This document shows, in pieces, positions 59,110 to 64,000 of a stretch of DNA of 64,000 nucleotides. The notes under the pieces are model-generated. The model made no database searches. It saw only the letters and a program-made list of their open reading frames with translations, and was not told the origin of the DNA. The DNA is taken from positions 35,774,001-35,838,000 of the forward strand of contig NC_045704.1 in the NCBI RefSeq assembly GCF_009834535.1, written 5' to 3'. This DNA comes from Camelus ferus. Lineage: Eukaryota. The position numbers and the translations under genes are program-made. Within the stretch, counting starts at the first letter, position 1. Each line of letters opens with the position of its first letter.

Positions 59110-62100
59110 ATAGTTCTAAATACCTATAAATTAGGCTAACAGATCCCACATTTATATCTCCAGCCTGGGCTTCATTCTTGACCTATATCCAGCTGCCTAC
59201 TTAATATCTCCACTAAGATTGTTGGTTGGGAGCTCAAACTGAACATGTCAAGATAGGGCTAGCAAGCTCCCCTCCACCTCTCTTCCCAGACTTCTCTTCT
59301 TGCTGTATTCTTCCCCCTCTTCTCAGTGATGTAAAAGGCTCTGACCAATAACCTTTGAGTCATCCTTGACTGCTTTCTTTCTTACTCCACATTCATTGCT
59401 TGACACCCTAGGCCGAATCATCAACACCTGTCACCTGGGTTATTGAAATAGTCTCCCATCTGGTCTCCTGGCTTCTGCCCTGGACCCTGTTTTCAACACA
59501 GTAACTAGAAGGATCCTTTTCAAACACAAGTCAGATTATGTCACTCGTTTACTTAAAAAACCTTCTACTGGGTCCCCATTTCTTTTAGAGATGAACTCCT
59601 TACAGTGAGCTATAAGGCTTTACATAATCTGACCCCCTCTTACTTTCCCATTTTTATTTTCTGGTACCCTCCCCTTCCACGTGGCAGACATGCTTTAGTC
59701 TCAGGACCCTTGTGCTTGCGGTTCAGTATTCATATGATCTGCTCACTTTCAAGTTTTTATTCAAGGGTCGCCTGGTGAGGCTTCCTCCACTTCCTATCTT
59801 CCTTTATCACTTTAGTTGTTCTTATATTTTACTTGTTTAGCTTGTGTATTTCTTGTTTTCCTCCTCTAGAAGGTGAAAGGAGGACTTTTATCTGTTTTGT
59901 TCCCTAATGTATCCCCAGCACCTAGACCTGGCATACAGTAGGTGCTCAATAAACAGGAAGTAAATCCATGCTCCTGGCACCATTCCAGGCTTGAGGATGC
60001 AGTGGTGAATGAGAGGCATGTGATCACTGAGCTGCTGTCTCTGTCGAGCACACCACCAGCAGTAAACACACAGGTGTAACATGTAGTGTCAGGGCTGTTT
60101 TTTAAAAAGAGGACAAGGATATCTGAACAAAGACCTGACTGAAATCAGAGAGGGGTATATCTAGAGGAAGAGCACTCCTGGAAGGAGAGCAGCAAGTGCA
60201 GATACCACAAGGTGGGAACATTGGCGATGTGGTGAACTCGAGGGTCTGAACCTGCTTCTTGATGGAATTAAGTACAAAATAAGGTAGAGGGAAAGATGGA
60301 TGTGCCAAGGAGAGGGAGTTATCAGAGTAAAGACCCCGAGGTGAGGATCCGAGGTGTGTTCAGGAACAGGTCACTTTATCCAGTACACATTTATTTGGTA
60401 CCTTTTATGTGCCAAGCTTAGCAGCTGAGGGTTCTAGCTGAGCAGTCTGTGGACCTTACCCTATAGGAATTCTCCATGTAGAAAGGGAGACAGACTTGGG
60501 AGGAAATCATCACAACCCTTCCAACTGTCCAGGAAAGAATAGTAATAAGGTTCAGAATAGTGTGGAAGGGGTTTCGGGTAGGTAGGACTGTCCCAGCTGA
60601 CTTTGCAAGATACATAGGAGTTCCCGTGAGACAGGGTAGGTTTGTGTTATAGTAAGGTGTGCTCCTGCATGTGCCGGGGTTTGAAGGGAGGAAGCAGCAT
60701 GAGGCACCCCAAGGAGTAGCAAATTGCTCAGATATCTTTGGGGGAAGGGCAGAAGGAGATGAGGATGGTAAGGGTGACAGTGCCCATTCTTTGGAGGGTA
60801 CCCTGTTTGGCTGTGTCAAAGCATGAGCCCTTCCTCCTGTAGGGGATGGAAGGTGTCCCATGGGGATAAAGGCAGGGGGAACATTTCAGAAAGACCTCTC
60901 TGGCCAAGGGGAGGGTCGATTAGAAGACTGACTGTTGAGGTAATGAGGAGAAAAGCATGAGGTTAGAGTGGGGGCAAAGGAGATGAGCATTCAACTTTGC
61001 AAAAGGTTTGAGAGGTAGACCTGGAGATTGGCTGGATGCTCGGGAGAGCCTGAGGTGACTCCCAGGTGGTTTCTGGCTGAATTGATTGGGTGCTGATTGT
61101 TTTACCAAGAGAGAATGGAAATGCAGGAGGGGGAAATAGTGAGGCTGGTGATGGAGGTGGTAGCTAAGAGGAGAGAGAAGTGAGGTGTTTGGAGTATGTA
61201 TAGTTTGAGGCACCCATTGGTCAGCCAGGTGTAGAGATGTCAGGTAGACAGTGGAAATACTGGCCTGGGGATAGAGCTAGGCTGAGCATAGATGTGTGGA
61301 AGTCACGTTTGTTTTGATAGATCAGGGTCCTTGCCTGGGCCCAGAGAGACCCCAGGGGTCCTTGGATGGACTTTCTGGGTCAGGGCAGCATTGTGCCTTC
61401 TGACTCTCCATGCTCAAGAGTATGTGTGGTTCTGTTGTAGCACATGTGTATGTGAACAGATTCAGAGATGTCTGTAGCCATGTGGAAGATTAATGGCCTC
61501 TGGTAGTTGTAGCCATGGAGTTCATTGTAGTTGAAGCCATGGCCCAGGTAGATGTTACCCAGAGAAATATATAGTGGGAGAAGAGGAGGTCCAAGGGTAG
61601 AGGCTTGGCATTTGAGGGGTGGGTAGGTACAGAAACCACAGCAGAGGAGACTGGGAGGGAGGAGCTGGAGAAGCAGGAGGAGAACCAGGAGAAGGTGGCA
61701 TCTCCAAGTCAAGGGAAAGAGAGTTTCAGGAAGAAAGGAATGGTCAGGGTGTCGAAGGCTGTGAGAAAGGAAAGAATGAAAGTCCATTGGATTTGGCAGT
61801 TAGGTCATTGGTGAGTGCTGAGGAATTCAGGAGATGGGAGGGAGGCAAGCAGAACTTAGATTGCGGTTGGTGATCAGCGAGTGAGATGTGACAAAGGATG
61901 GCTATCTCTTTGTGAAGTGAGTGGGAGACAGAGGAGGACGGTGTTGAGAATTTTTTTTAAATGAACTTTTTATTTTAGAATTGTTTCAGATTTATAGAAA
62001 ATATGCAAGATAGGACAGGGTTCTCTGTACTCATCCAGTTTTCCCTATTGATGAGAAATTATTTTAGGGAAGAAGAGATCTAAATTCTAGGAGAAGGAAC

Positions 62101-63110
62101 CAGTGACAGTGGATAAAAGGACAGCCATCACTTCCTGAGCTCTGGCTGTGTGCGAGTCTCTGCCATGGGCTTTACTTGTATAATCTAATGCCATCCTCAT
62201 GGCAGCCCTCTGATGTCCAAGCCTACTCCCTTCCCTGTCTTCCTCATTTCGGTAAATGGTGTCTTCACTGTCTGAGTAACTCAGGCCTAAAACCTTGGCA
62301 TTATGCTTGACTTCTTTCTCCTCTCACATTAGCCATTCATATCTACACTAAATCTTCTCTTAAAATACACACATGAATCAGACCATTTTTTGTCTCTTCC
62401 CCCACTATCACCCTGGTCCATGCCAGTCTCATGTATTACATCTGGGTGATGGAATAGCCTGCTGACTGGCCTCCCTGGTCTTACTTTGTCCTCCTGACCC
62501 CAACCCGAAGTCTGTTCTGTGCACAGCAGTGGAAGTGAACCTTAGAGAAGGCTCACGCCTTCACTGGCTACCATCACACCTAGACTGAAATCCAAAGTCC
62601 TTACCTGGTGCTGGGAAGCTGACATGATCTGACCCTGCCCCGACCCCTTCTCCCACCACCCTTGCCCAGGATTATGTGCTTCAGCCATGTGGCTTCCTGC
62701 TCTTCAGTACACTTCTGCAAAATACACTTCTGCCTTGGGGCTTTTGTATTTACTGTTTCCTTGACATGAACATTCTTCCCCCAAATACCTACATAGCACA
62801 CCTCCTTTACTTCATTCAGGTCTCTGCTCAAAGGTTTCCCTTTAAAAGAAGCTTTTCAGAACACACCAGCTAAAGCAGTTAAACAGTCCACTCTGCCACA
62901 TCCTCCTATTTTATCTCCTTTGTAGCACTTGTCAACACCTGGCATCATTTGTCTATTTGTTTATTCTTTTTTACTGTCTGTCTTGTAACAGACATCAGCT
63001 CCCTGAAGCTGGGAACCTCGTCTGGTTTTTCCACAGCTCCATCCCCATTGCTTTGCACAAATAGTACCTAGCATGTGGTAGATGCTCAATAAGTATTTCT
63101 TAAATGAATG
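59110..63110. mobile_element. Dense LINE2/MIR relics in NUP93 intron 1
   Basis: Multiple L2-type ends (CCCCAGCACCTAGACCTGGCATACAGTAGGTGCTCAATAAA; GTAGATGCTCAATAAGTATTTCTTAAATGAATGAA). Confidence 0.65.
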
Positions 63111-63349
63111 AAGGAAAGAAGGAAGATGGGGCTCTAACTTTGGTGGACTTTACAAGGTCAACATAAGAATTTAGAAAGTGAGTCATTAGACAGTTTGGAG
63201 GTTTGTAGAAGGTTATTCTGGCAGTGACTATATTGAGGATCTAGCTGCTGTTTAAGGGCACTGTTGGAGATACTTTTTTTTTTTTAAGTAAAGCTGTAAA
63301 ATACTTTAAGCTGTTTGGGAGAGAATATTAATAGACAATAATACAAGGG

Positions 63350-63545
63350 AAATGAGAATGATGTCAGCAGGATGGCAGAGTAAGAGGTCCTGATGCTTGT
63401 CCCCCCCACAAAAACAACAAAAACGGCACATAAACAACTGTACATTGACAAAAATAGCTCTGTAAGAGCTCCAGAGTGAAATAAGGAGGCTGCAGAAACC
63501 CTGTGGAGCACAAAAACAGAGGATTGGCTGTGTAGAAACGTGTAA
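63350..63545 (+). mobile_element. Old L1 5' UTR-like fragment
   Basis: GATGTCAGCAGGATGGCAGAGTAAGAGGTCC...CCCCCCACAAAAACAAC resembles L1M 5' ends. Confidence 0.45.
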
Positions 63546-64000
63546 GGCAGATAAATAAATGGACTAGAGAGTTTCAGTGAGGGGAGATTCCTGTGGGATG
63601 GGGATCGAGGAAACCATTTGGTAGGTAGGACTTGAATTGGTGGTAAAAATGATAGCTAATATTTGAGTGGTTACTGGGTGGCAGGCAAGGGAGGTACAAC
63701 TGTTTATCCATTTTACAAGCAAGGCCCAGAGGGAGTAATTAACTTGCTCGAAGTCACCCAGCTAGAGAGTAGAGTTCCTGGCTGGATCTCAGGGGTGCAG
63801 TGGAAGATGAGTAGATGTTCCTGGTTGCAAAAAATGGCGTGAGCAAGGGCACAGAGCAGAGATGTACGAGGATGGCCAGGGACAGAGTACATCAGGTAAC
63901 TACGCAGGGTTTCCCTAAGAGCAGTGCTGCATCTAGATCCCGTGAATGGGAGGCATTGAGAGCTTTTGAGCAGGAGCAACATAGGGAAAGTGATGATGAC

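Overview
Mammalian genomic DNA, probably a camelid: it carries tRNA-derived SINEs of the Vic-1 type and cetartiodactyl-type L1 3' ends. The window holds the distal part of the metallothionein locus on the + strand. MT2 (ATG 6216) is followed by five tandem, same-orientation, three-exon MT1-type genes (ATGs 12008, 16232, 21676, 26186, 31447; called MT1-a to MT1-e here) on mutually homologous 4.2-5.8 kb units. About 25 kb of repeat-rich spacer follows, then the CpG-island promoter and non-coding first exon of NUP93 (donor at 58188) and the start of its intron 1. All six MT genes have open 61-codon frames, which the ORF track misses because they are spliced. I see no new class of biological system. 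The most interesting signal is copy-by-copy remodelling of the MT1 promoters. MT1-b has lost its TATA box and proximal MRE and also carries Cys5Ser. MT1-c has duplicated its proximal MRE while losing the neighbouring one. STAT (GAS) sites are kept, lost or relocated depending on the copy. Also notable: a decayed orthologue of the human MT2A GRE, two same-orientation CTCF motifs between the array and NUP93, and an unidentified decayed coding fragment at about 1.7-1.95 kb. Repeat family names come from recalled consensus sequences, not from a database search.
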